Assembly: GCA_044892525.1 (NCBI GenBank)
Contig: CM097885.1
Location: forward strand, 267,840,001-267,904,000
DNA length: 64,000 nt
Direction of reading: 5' to 3'
Origin: Schmidtea polychroa
Lineage: Eukaryota
The notes beneath the pieces are model-generated. The model searched no databases. It saw nothing but the letters and a program-made list of their open reading frames with translations, and was not told the origin of the DNA. The translations under genes were made by a program, and so were the position numbers. This document shows, one piece after another, positions 12,302 to 24,300 of this stretch; within the stretch, counting starts at the first letter, position 1, and every line of letters starts with the position of its first letter.

Positions 12302-15300
12302 AAATTATCCAAGTGTGAATAAAATGATTCAGTGATTGATCTAAATCAATGACTACATGATAATAATCCAATGATCCGGAAATCAAGCATGTGACATGAT
12401 CTGATAGAAAGTTCATGTGTAATCATAAATTATATAAATCAATAAACTGTAATTGTAACGCTCTATGTCAGATACGGTTCACTGATTAATTTCGGATATC
12501 AGTGCAAACGGACATTGTCATGTTAAACAATAATTTCCAGTTTTTGAAGGATATAATAACAATTTTTATTATATAATAATAATCATATAATAATTATATA
12601 CCATGTTGGGTTATTATTTTGCAAGTTGGTTTTCTCTGACTCCTCGTGTTCTTATTTAAACAAATAAATCGAAATCTAACTCATAATAACTTTATCTAAA
12701 AATCAAAATTACCATTCGTCACTAGATCTTCATCTTTCTCTTCATCTCTTTCTGGTACGAGAGTTAAAATTGCTTTCTATTACTAGATTTTGTCTTCTGA
12801 TCACTGACTCGTTTTCTCTGTCGTTTCTTCGACCAGCTGGAGACTTGTCTGTTTTTGAGCTCTCTTTTTATAATTTTCCTAGGTAAATATTTTGGGGGTT
12901 GTTAAATCATTTTAATTTCTTGCCAAGGATTAGCGCTCGGCTGAGTTCGCTTTCCAATGGGCTCGGGCTTCTCATTAGCTTGGACTTCCCATTACGGATA
13001 AATTAACTTTAATTAATTTGTTTTTTCATTATAATTTTCCCTGCGAACCCCTTTTTAAATTTGTATTATAATTTCTGAATTTGTCTTTTAATTTGGCGTT
13101 CAATCATATCCGTTCCCTCTGTTCAGTATTGATTTTCGATTTTCAGTAAATTTTAATTAATTTTGCACTTTTGTTGTTTGGAGATTTTTATTGATTTAAA
13201 CAATATTTTTATAGTTTCCTTTTATACATATATATATTTTGGTTTGAGTACTAGCCACATCAACCATATAATATCATATAATAATAGTAANNNNNNNNNN
13301 NNNNNNNNNNNNNNNNNNNNNNNNNNNNNNNNNNNNNNNNNNNNNNNNNNNNNNNNNNNNNNNNNNNNNNNNNNNNNNNNNNNNNNNNNNNNNNNNNNNN
13401 NNNNNNNNNNNNNNNNNNNNNNNNNNNNNNNNNNNNNNNNNNNNNNNNNNNNNNNNNNNNNNNNNNNNNNNNNNNNNNNNNNNNNNNNNNNNNNNNNNNN
13501 NNNNNNNNNNNNNNNNNNNNNNNNNNNNNNNNNNNNNNNNNNNNNNNNNNNNNNNNNNNNNNNNNNNNNNNNNNNNNNNNNNNNNNNNNNNNNNNNNNNN
13601 NNNNNNNNNNNNNNNNNNNNNNNNNNNNNNNNNNNNNNNNNNNNNNNNNNNNNNNNNNNNNNNNNNNNNNNNNNNNNNNNNNNNNNNNNNNNNNNNNNNN
13701 NNNNNNNNNNNNNNNNNNNNNNNNNNNNNNNNNNNNNNNNNNNNNNNNNNNNNNNNNNNNNNNNNNNNNNNNNNNNNNNNNNNNNNNNNNNNNNNNNNNN
13801 NNNTGTCAACATGCCTGACAGTATAGACATGAAGCTTAATTATAATAACTCATTGAATTGCACTGTGTATGGTGATGATGAATTGAATGTGAAATGGTTC
13901 CGCCGCAAGAAAGATGGCAGGTGGGAAGTCATCCATGTAAAGACATCATTTATTAAATCTAACATTAATAATTAAACTAATTTAGATAAACAAAAGAGAG
14001 AAAGTGGATAAAGCATTTCAATTTATTGTGACATTTGATAGTGTTACTGAATCGCAATCTGGTGAGTACAAGTGCGTTGCGTCGAATGAGCATAGGGAGA
14101 ATGGAATTGAGCGCATCATTAAATTAAATGTAGTTGGTAAGACATAGTATTTAAGTCCATGAAGTTATGCGATGAACAATTTCATCAGATGTTCCTGGCA
14201 AAGTAATGATCAAAACGGACAGTATTAGATCCTCTAGTCGATCTATAGACATTTCATGGAACCCTCCTAATAGCGATGGGAAAAAGCCAATAACCGGATA
14301 TCTCGTATCCTGGAAATTGGTGCAAGAGAACAAGCTTATTAATAAAACGGTTAAAGAGACTTCTATTACAATAAAGGATTTGAGACCCTTCAAGGAATAC
14401 GATATAGTTATCGCTGCTCAGAACGCAGTTGGATACGGTGAGGAACTACCAATAATCATCAAGACTCTAGCTGATGGTCTGTTGAATATTATTTCTCAGC
14501 TATTACTCTGACCTTTAATAATAGCTCCGGATGGACCAGTTTTACATTTAATTGCTACACCTGTGTCTTTCGATAAGGTGAAATTGAAATGGGAAGCTCC
14601 AAATGACCTGCTAATTAATGGAATAAAGATGCATTATCAAGTCTGCTCAATGGAGTTCGACGACTCTCAAAATCTGAGTTTAGAAAAATTGACCTGGCCT
14701 TCTCTGAATGATTCAACAACAAGGATAATTGATCAACATAAGTAAGCCCCATCCATTTATCATTTAGTAGACATTTAGTATAGCGATAAATTATATTATA
14801 TCACCATCAATTAATGTGCTCATGCACTTATTGGCTCTTACAACCATTGGAACCTTCATCCTTAAATGCATCCATATCAAGCCCATAAGGACATAAACCT
14901 ATAGTCATTTGTCGGGTGCTCACTTTCTGTTATTACAAGCTTTATATTATGAATATTAATACTTGGAAACTCAATTCACATTTTTGATTNNNNNNNNNNN
15001 NNNNNNNNNNNNNNNNNNNNNNNNNNNNNNNNNNNNNNNNNNNNNNNNNNNNNNNNNNNNNNNNNNNNNNNNNNNNNNNNNNNNNNNNNNNNNNNNNNNN
15101 NNNNNNNNNNNNNNNNNNNNNNNNNNNNNNNNNNNNNNNNNNNNNNNNNNNNNNNNNNNNNNNNNNNNNNNNNNNNNNNNNNNNNNNNNNNNNNNNNNNN
15201 NNNNNNNNNNNNNNNNNNNNNNNNNNNNNNNNNNNNNNNNNNNNNNNNNNNNNNNNNNNNNNNNNNNNNNNNNNNNNNNNNNNNNNNNNNNNNNNNNNNN

Positions 15301-18300
15301 NNNNNNNNNNNNNNNNNNNNNNNNNNNNNNNNNNNNNNNNNNNNNNNNNNNNNNNNNNNNNNNNNNNNNNNNNNNNNNNNNNNNNNNNNNNNNNNNNNNN
15401 NNNNNNNNNNNNNNNNNNNNNNNNNNNNNNNNNNNNNNNNNNNNNNNNNNNNNNNNNNNNNNNNNNNNNNNNNNNNNNNNNNNNNNNNNNNNNNNNNNNN
15501 NNNNNNNNNNNNNNNNNNNNNNNNNNNNNNNNNNNNNNNNNNNNNNNNNNNNNNNNNNNNNNNNNNNNNNNNNNNNNNNNNNNNNNNNNNNNNNNNNNNN
15601 NNNNNNNNNNNNNNNNNNNNNNNNNNNNNNNNNNNNNNNNNNNNNNNNNNNNNNNNNNNNNNNNNNNNNNNNNNCACATCTCCAAGACTTCTGACATTGT
15701 CGGCCACTGGCTTTATAATTAGTAATAAAGGGATGCAGGACATTGTTGCGGTGGTACTGTTGAAGTAGGTGTATACAAGTTGTAAGTTTTTATCTTCTCT
15801 GCATCGGTTAGCGTATATGGGATAGAATAGGTAGCGCTTAACCATTTGAATCAATAGTCTTCTCACTGTTTCTTTATCACTATCAATGCCTCAGAAATTT
15901 GTCTTCTTCTGACCCGTGGATCTTCATTAAAAAAGCTTGTAGTTCCTTCTCCATATCGTATGATGGCCGTACACTGAGTGGCTTATCTTCAGCGGCTTAT
16001 CTACCCAGTCGGAGCATATTATGAGGCAAACTTTTTTGAATTTTGTCAGTCCTTTCTTGCAGTTGTAATAAATGATTTTTCTAATATCCTCTCGAGAAAA
16101 CACGCTAAACATTAATGATTATACAAATTATTCATTCAAATTAAATATTTTATAATTAACTATATTTATAAGGTTTGAAGAAGTCTAATGTTTGTTGATT
16201 TTCCTTTTATATTCATTTTCTGTCTTTTCATTGGTTCGATTAAACATTAATTTTGAAATCTAATTTAAATCAAATATAAAATGTAAGAAAATTACCTCTT
16301 TTTAGCAAAAAATTTTAAAAAGTAATGACTTTAACTATTATTTAATCTTTATTTTAATTTTTATTCCTAGAATTTCCTAAATTTTTTAATTACTTAAATA
16401 AAATAAAATTATAATTATTTATTTTTTAAAACTTCCTCAACCGGACCTTAGCCATAATTGGACCATAACCGTACCTTAACCGGACCATAACCGGCCCTTT
16501 ACCGAACCTAACTGGACCATAATCGAACCATAACCTGACCATAATTGGACCATAACCTGACAATAACCGGACCATAACCTGACCATAACCGGACCATAAC
16601 CTGACCATAACCGGACCATAACCGTACCTTAACCGGACCATAACCGGCCCTTTACCGAACCTAACTGGACCATAATCGAACCATAACCTGACCATAATTG
16701 GACCATAACCTGACAATAACCGGACCATAACCTGACCATAACCGGACCATAACCTGACCATAACCGGACCATAACCCCACCTTAACCGGACCATAACCGG
16801 AATTACAATAAGGAAATGCATATTTTGTTGAAAGTTCTGAAGAATAACAATAATAATATTTTCGAACTCTTGATAAGTGGGTTGGAGACAAGTTTGAACT
16901 CGATTTCCAAATCAAGAAAGTTATAAGTGTATAACTATTGCCCTTATCACTAGATCTATTTGACTTACTGCTAGAGATTGCTTCAACATATCTCCAGAGA
17001 TGCGTGTGACAATCTCAATTCTACGGTTGATTGGTTTTGAAATGATAAGAGTTTTAATTTAATTATTCATATGTAACTATTCTTATTCCAGTCATCGGGT
17101 AAAGAAAAGTTGCATAAACGTTCCAGAATCAACCCTGGAAATCACCGCAACCGAGTTATTAACGTTCACAAAATACGCATTTCGAGTCATTCTAGTCAAT
17201 AACGTCGGGTTCAGTCCTGCCCAGTATGTTGCGATCCGGACTTTGGAAGACAGTAATTAATATGATTTGGCAATTCCGTTTATTGGGATTCAATTATAGA
17301 GCCAGAGGGGTCACCAACTGATGTTTCATGTACACCGACAGCTAATTATTTACAGTTGGGATGGAATGTGCCAAATCATACTGTAACGAATGGGGTCGTA
17401 TCTGGGTATGAAGTTACCTATTTCAGTGATGACAATCACGAGGAGCCTGATAAAATGATGAAAATTGCGAATGAAGCTAAACTGAAACTATATAATCTAT
17501 CAGCAAATTCCAAATACATCATTCAGATTCGAATAAAAAATAATATAGGATTAGGGCCTCCCTCTGAGCCGATAAATTGCACTACAATGGAAGCTGCGCC
17601 CGATGCACCGAGTAAACCATTACAAAACTTTCATTATACGCTAATACTCATATTTCTAGATGAAATAAAGGCATATCATAATGGCGAAAGTATTAAAGTT
17701 TCATGGACTCCTCCCATAAAGGCAAATGGAAATATTCAACATTATTGGATAGCATTTAGCTTTGCACCTAAGGATAGACACGAGGTACATGTACAAGGAA
17801 ATAATAAGCCTTATTATTGGAAGGAAATAACTAGTAAGATTTATTTTTGTTCACTGTCTGAATACAAAATAAAGTAATTTTCATATTTTTGATTAATATC
17901 AGTATTATATGTGGCGAGGGATAAATGTACTGACAGGGCAGTCTAGAATTCTACCTTAAATTTACCTATTTGATCATTGGTTTACTGGTTATATTGGTTT
18001 CAATAAGTTTTCACCGCAATGTATTATACTACACGTCTATAAATAGTAACATGCAATTGAGGTGCAATAGCCATACAAACTTTGATTGGATGTGTACATG
18101 ATGATGTATTACAGATTCAATATGAGCGATCGATTCGATTGAATGCTGACATGCATAGTTAATACACTTACACAATCTATTATTAGTTACATGCAATAGA
18201 CACGCAAGAATAACGTACAAGAATACAATAATCTTTTAGAAACTTTTACACTGAATACTGATGAACTAAAAATATGTTGAGAAATATAAAAGAATTCAAT

Positions 18301-21300
18301 ATAAAAATTTCGAAATACTATATATGATCTTATATTAGGGTCATATATTAGGGTCATATATTAGGGTCATATATTAGGGTCATATATTAGGGTCATATAT
18401 TAGGGTCATATATTAGATGTCATATATTAGAGTCATATTATATTAGAGTCATATATTAGATCATATGTTAGGGTCATATATTAGGGTCATATTTTAGGAT
18501 CATATATCAGGGTCATAAATTAGGGTCATATATTAGGGTCATATATTAGGATCATATGTTAGGGTCATATGTTAGGGTCATATGTTAGGGTCATATATTA
18601 GGGTCATATATTAGGGTCATATATCAGGGTCATATATTAGGGTCATATATTAGGGTCATATATCAGGGTCATATATTAGGGTCATATATCAGGGTCATAT
18701 ATTAGGGTCATATATTAGGGTCATATATTAGGGTCATATATTAGGGTCATATATTAGGGTCATATATTAGGGTCATATATCAGGGTCATATATTAGATCA
18801 TATGTTAGGGTCATATATTAGGGTCATATATTAGGGTCATATATTAGGGTCATATATCATGGTCATATATTAGATGTCATATATTAGGGTCATATATTAG
18901 GATCATATATTAGGGTCATATTTTAGGGTCATATATTAGGGTCATATATTAGGATCATATATCATGGTCATATATTAGATGTCATATATTAGAGTCATAT
19001 ATTAGATCATATGTTAGGGTCATATATTAGGGTCATATATTAGGGTCATATATTAGGGTCATATATCAGGGTCATATATTAGGGTCATATATTAGGATCA
19101 TATATCATGGTCATATATTAGATGTCATATATTAGAGTCATATATTAGATCATATGTTAGGGTCATATATTAGGGTCATATATTAGGGTCATATATTAGG
19201 GTCATATATCAGGGTCATATATTAGGGTCATATATTAGGGTCATATATTAGGATCATATATCATGGTCATATATTAGATGTCATATATTAGAGTCATATA
19301 TTAGATCATATGTTAGGGTCATATATTAGGGTCATATATTAGGGTCATATATTAGGGTCATATATTAGGGTCATATATTAGGGTCATATATTAGGGTCAT
19401 ATATTAGGGTCATATATCAGGGTCATATATTAGGGTCATATATTAGGGTCATATATTAGGGTCATGTATTAGGGTCATATATTAGGGTCATATATTAGGG
19501 TCATATATTAGGGTCATATATTAGGGTCATATATTAGGGTCATGTATTAGGGTCATATATTAGGGTCATATTTTAGGGTCATATATTAGGGTCATATATT
19601 AGGATCATATATCATGGTCATATATTAGATGTCATATATTAGAGTCATATATTAGATCATATGTTAGGGTCATATATTAGGGTCATATATCAGGGTCATA
19701 TATTAGGGTCATATATCAGGGTCATATAATAGGGTCATATATTAGGATCATGTATCAGGGTCATATATTAGGGTCATATATCAGGGTCATATATTAGGGT
19801 CATATATCAGGGTCATATAATAGGGTCATATATTAGGGTCATATATCAGGGTCATATATTAGGGTCATATATCAGGGTCATATAATAGGGTCATATATTA
19901 GGATCATGTATTATTGATGAATGTAAAAGTAAAAAAATGTTGAAATAATCACACTATGAATAAGTAATTTATATTGATGACTGAATTAGCTAAATTGATT
20001 TTCGGATTTGTCTCATATATTTGTCTGATAATAATATGATTCTATGAAATATAAGAGAAGAAGAGATTTATTTATACAGGAATCCCAATATTGGACGAAG
20101 CCAACAAATAAGGTTAGAGCAGGGATGCACAGACTTGTGAAAACTAAAGGCCACATACAATTGTGGGGGGGAATCAAGTAAGGGCTGCGGTCTGTGCATA
20201 CCTGGTTAGAAGTTATATTAAATGGAAAATTATGTTAACTAATATTTTATATCGGTAGATATTTTTTATTAATACTTATTTTTATGTTTATTTCTAGACA
20301 AACCATTTTGTACAAATTGCAATGTATCTGTCTCAGCAGTGACAACTATGGAAGGCCCAAGCAAAACTGTAAATGTACTGGCAAATAAAATGGGTAGGGT
20401 TCCTCGTTGAATTTTTGTGATTTATGGTGCTTTTCAGGTATTTTGAGCTTTTCACAGAGTATAGTTGTGCAAAATTCAAGCCAACTCATGCTCGATTGTG
20501 AAGTAGCATATCCATATCCCAATATGGACTACCAGTGGACATATAATGATCATAGTATTTATAATATGATCCAATTAAATGGATCTTTATTTATTAATTC
20601 AATGACCATATCCGATCAAGGAATCTATAAATGTAAAGTTGATTCTGAAGAAATAACTTACAATATCTCTTTGAAGTCGATCTNNNNNNNNNNNNNNNNN
20701 NNNNNNNNNNNNNNNNNNNNNNNNNNNNNNNNNNNNNNNNNNNNNNNNNNNNNNNNNNNNNNNNNNNNNNNNNNNNNNNNNNNNNNNNNNNNNNNNNNNN
20801 NNNNNNNNNNNNNNNNNNNNNNNNNNNNNNNNNNNNNNNNNNNNNNNNGACACCGAAAGATATGTGCTTTAGAAAAAACATCGTCTATTGCATCACGTGC
20901 AATGTATGCAATGAAATCTACATTGGAAGTACCCTCAGGACCTTGCACCAAAGAGTTAAAGAACATCTAGATCCTGGTGGAACATCATCGTTTGGCAGAC
21001 ATCTCCGGCAGTGTCAGCCAACAGAGGAAAGAAAAAATATTTCAATAGAAATTATAGCTAATGGAAACATCCAAAAGAAAAATGTCAGATTCAAAGAAGC
21101 AATTCTCATCATAAACAGACAGCCAAAGATCAACACTAAAGAAGAAATCAATGAAATCATGAATTTGATCTGTTGTCATTGACCTTGAGAATAACTGACA
21201 ATATATAAAGAAATTAAAAGAAAATAGAATAAATTAAAAAGTAATAATTAGAATAATATAGAAAAAAAATTTTAAAAATAGGGTTTGAAAATCAAAATTG

Positions 21301-24300
21301 ACACATTTATTGAAATATTTAAATAGCATATATAAGTGGTTATTGGAGGCTTTATTTAGAATATTTTCAAATATTTTATTAGGCTTCCTAGTGTTTCCTA
21401 TTAGGGTTTCCTAGTGACTCGAGCTTTCTACTAGCTGATTAATTAATTTATTTTTACGCTATAACTTCCGCTCACTAAGTTATTATTATTATTATTATTA
21501 CTGATCTTCTCCAATTAATATTATTTTTCAAATTTTATAAATTTCTAATTAATTTTTGCACTTTTGTCATTTTGATATCTTTATTGATTTTATTTGTGTT
21601 TCAATTTTTACTTTGTGCATTTCTACATTACCCCAACCATTTTCATGAATTTGCAAACCTTTCTCAATAAACAATTATGGTTGGGCCTCTATTCGTGTCA
21701 ATTGTTTAATACCTGTTGATAGTTTTATTCTCCTAACTCTTTTCTTGTTCAAATATCATACCATCCTTTATTGGTCAATTCTTTATCATTTAGTTCCGCG
21801 AAAACCTTACATTGAAATCACCAAAGTCTCAACAGATCACATTGCTCTGTTGTGGCGATCGAATGGATCGCAGAAAACCGATGATCCAATCAATCAGTTC
21901 CTCGTCATCATACAAAAGGCATATGATAGGTCATCGAGGGAATTGAAAGTTGCAAGTAACATTCGTTCCATCATCATTGCAAATCTTGAATGCGGTACCC
22001 TCTACAATGTATATTTGTATGCTAAAAATATTGCTGGGAGAAGTGATCCGGCTATAATTCAGGCACAAACCCGCGGCTCAAGTAAGTATTGTGCCTCTAG
22101 ATATTGATACAAGTATTATATCTTTAGTACCCGAAATTCCTGACACGTCTAATATCGTAGCTGAAATCGGTCCCCATTCAATGTGTTTTAATTTGAGAGC
22201 TTTCCGACCAGGCCGGGGCTGCCCAGCCAATAAATATCTATTGAAACTGCAGCCGTCAAGTGAAGGTAGTCATCAAGAAAGTGCAGTCTTAGTTACAAAA
22301 GTTGTAAATGATAGTGATCTCAATCCAAATTCTGTATTCACCATTTATTATTATTGGTATTATTTGATCCTGTTATTCTAGTGTTTCAACGTTACTGACC
22401 TCCACCCGAATACCGATTACATATACACAATAGAAGCATCAAATATGGTTGGTTCACAAAACGCCAAAGACCACAATAAAACTCTACAAATAATTTCAAG
22501 TATATTAAGGTCTCAATCATATTTATGATTTCCTTTCCTTTTAGCAGTTCCACCTAATATCAACTACAGCTCACCTTCACTAGGAGGCGAGTTTAAATAT
22601 ATCTTCGTTGTAGTAGGGATTTCTGTAATAATGTTGGTTGTCATAGTTGTCGTTCTCGCACTTTACTGTACAAGGAAGTCGTATCAAACCTGTCTTGGAA
22701 ATAGGAGTATCAGTAATAAACTTGTCAGACCTCCTCCAACGATACAGTCCCCAATATCAGTCTCCAATAATAGGAACCGAAAGTAGTACTGAATTTAAAA
22801 TTTTTTTGTATTAATTGTCATTTAGGTTACCAACACCTCCAGATAATAATTTCTACGATAAAGGCACTAATGAAATAGTCTCCAAACCCCAGGATAATGA
22901 AGAAGACGGTAAATGCTTTATTTTTTTATTATACACTCAAACGGCGAAAAGTGTTCAACATATGAAGGTTTTTTTATTTTATTAAAACAACTTCACTACT
23001 TTTTACATTATTAATTTGATTATAACAGTCACTAAATGATAGCATCGAGTTAAGTATAAATAGAAACGCCAAATCCAATATATATGTATACACACAAACT
23101 CACTGTCATCGTCAGGTAGAATTGAAATTCAAACTAAATCAATCTAAATTGATCTTTATTAAACCATCTAATTCATTAAGTCTTTTTTTAAATATAATTT
23201 TGCTAAAAAATCATAAAATTCTGTTTTTTCAATTCATACTTTCAAAATTCACAAAAGTTGAAATCAAACAGCATTAAAATAAATTTTTCACAAAATTGTG
23301 TTTACTAATATTAATCAATTGCTTGATGCGACAGTTATCCAGAACATGAGAACGGAGATGAGGGCCAATCATTCCAATGTATGTAGCATTGCACACATGA
23401 CATTCATAACCAAGATCTGAATACAATCTAAGCAAAAACCGAAATAGACAAACTTCACAATTTATATCACACAGCCAATCCGATCATTGATTGTTTTTAT
23501 TTCATTGATTGTCTACATCTCTTCACCAATTCTAAAGGGCTTCCATTGAGTATTGGAGGAAACCAAATATAACTTGCAAATTGCTTACAACACTCACTAA
23601 ATGATGGCATCGATATAAATATAAGCAAAAACGCCAAATCGAGGCGGCTGTGGAAATATTTTGGATTTGGCTTATATTTTTACTTATATTATTAATTTGA
23701 TTAAACATTTTAATATAAAAAATAGGCAGATGTCATTTGAAAAGCCGCTTGAATCTGATTGGTTATAAAATAATGATTATTGAAATTAAATGTAAAAATC
23801 ATCAAATCAACAGAGCAATCTCAAATTATTAAAAGTTAAAACTTCATAATGCGATAAAATACTTTTGTCTTCTTCTTTCTTCATTAACTGATTCTTTCCC
23901 ATTAGCCATCAATATCTAATGTTTATACTTCCTGAATTATATCCTTCATGGATGCCACCTTGATTATATCCTCTTCTTTCCTTTCATTGAACCTTACAAT
24001 GACATGATTTGAAATATTGGTTGTTGTTGTTGTTGATGATGATGTCTATAATTTCATTATATTTTATCATATGTCTTGTTTCAATTCTAGAAATGTTAAC
24101 GCCCTATGCTACCTATGAATCTATTCCTAAACCAGATCCTATGACTAATAGGATTAATAGGATTACAAACTATAATACTGGAAGCCAGGCTCACTCGTAT
24201 CAGTATCCAGAGATACTGCCACCAGAGCCTTCTATACCGAAAATCATGAACTATCAGAATGATTTAAAGCCTCTCTTAAGTCATTCGACAAAACCGCTGA

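Noticed and set aside
12475-12505. Minus-strand CACTGATATCCGAAATTAATCAGTG hammerhead-like remnant
   Set aside because: The CUGANGA core and stem II are missing.
16426-16915. Repetitive ORFs (VMVRLWSGYG)n
   Set aside because: They are translations of the 11-bp repeat, with no coding evidence.
18258-18300. CTGATGA...GAAATATA as another hammerhead
   Set aside because: Stem II cannot form and the NUH/stem I is absent. At best a very decayed relic.
9917-19910. Satellite arrays or the 16.4-kb repeat as CRISPR arrays or true telomeres
   Set aside because: There are no unique spacers and no cas genes. The arrays are intronic 13- and 11-mers, not pure terminal (TTAGGG)n.
24009-24090. Hydrophobic in-frame extension (MMMSIISLYFIICLVSIL) as an alternative membrane anchor for the Dscam tail
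   Set aside because: It is the T-rich intron end plus a (GTT/GAT)n microsatellite upstream of a good acceptor at 24090. Such DNA routinely translates as hydrophobic.
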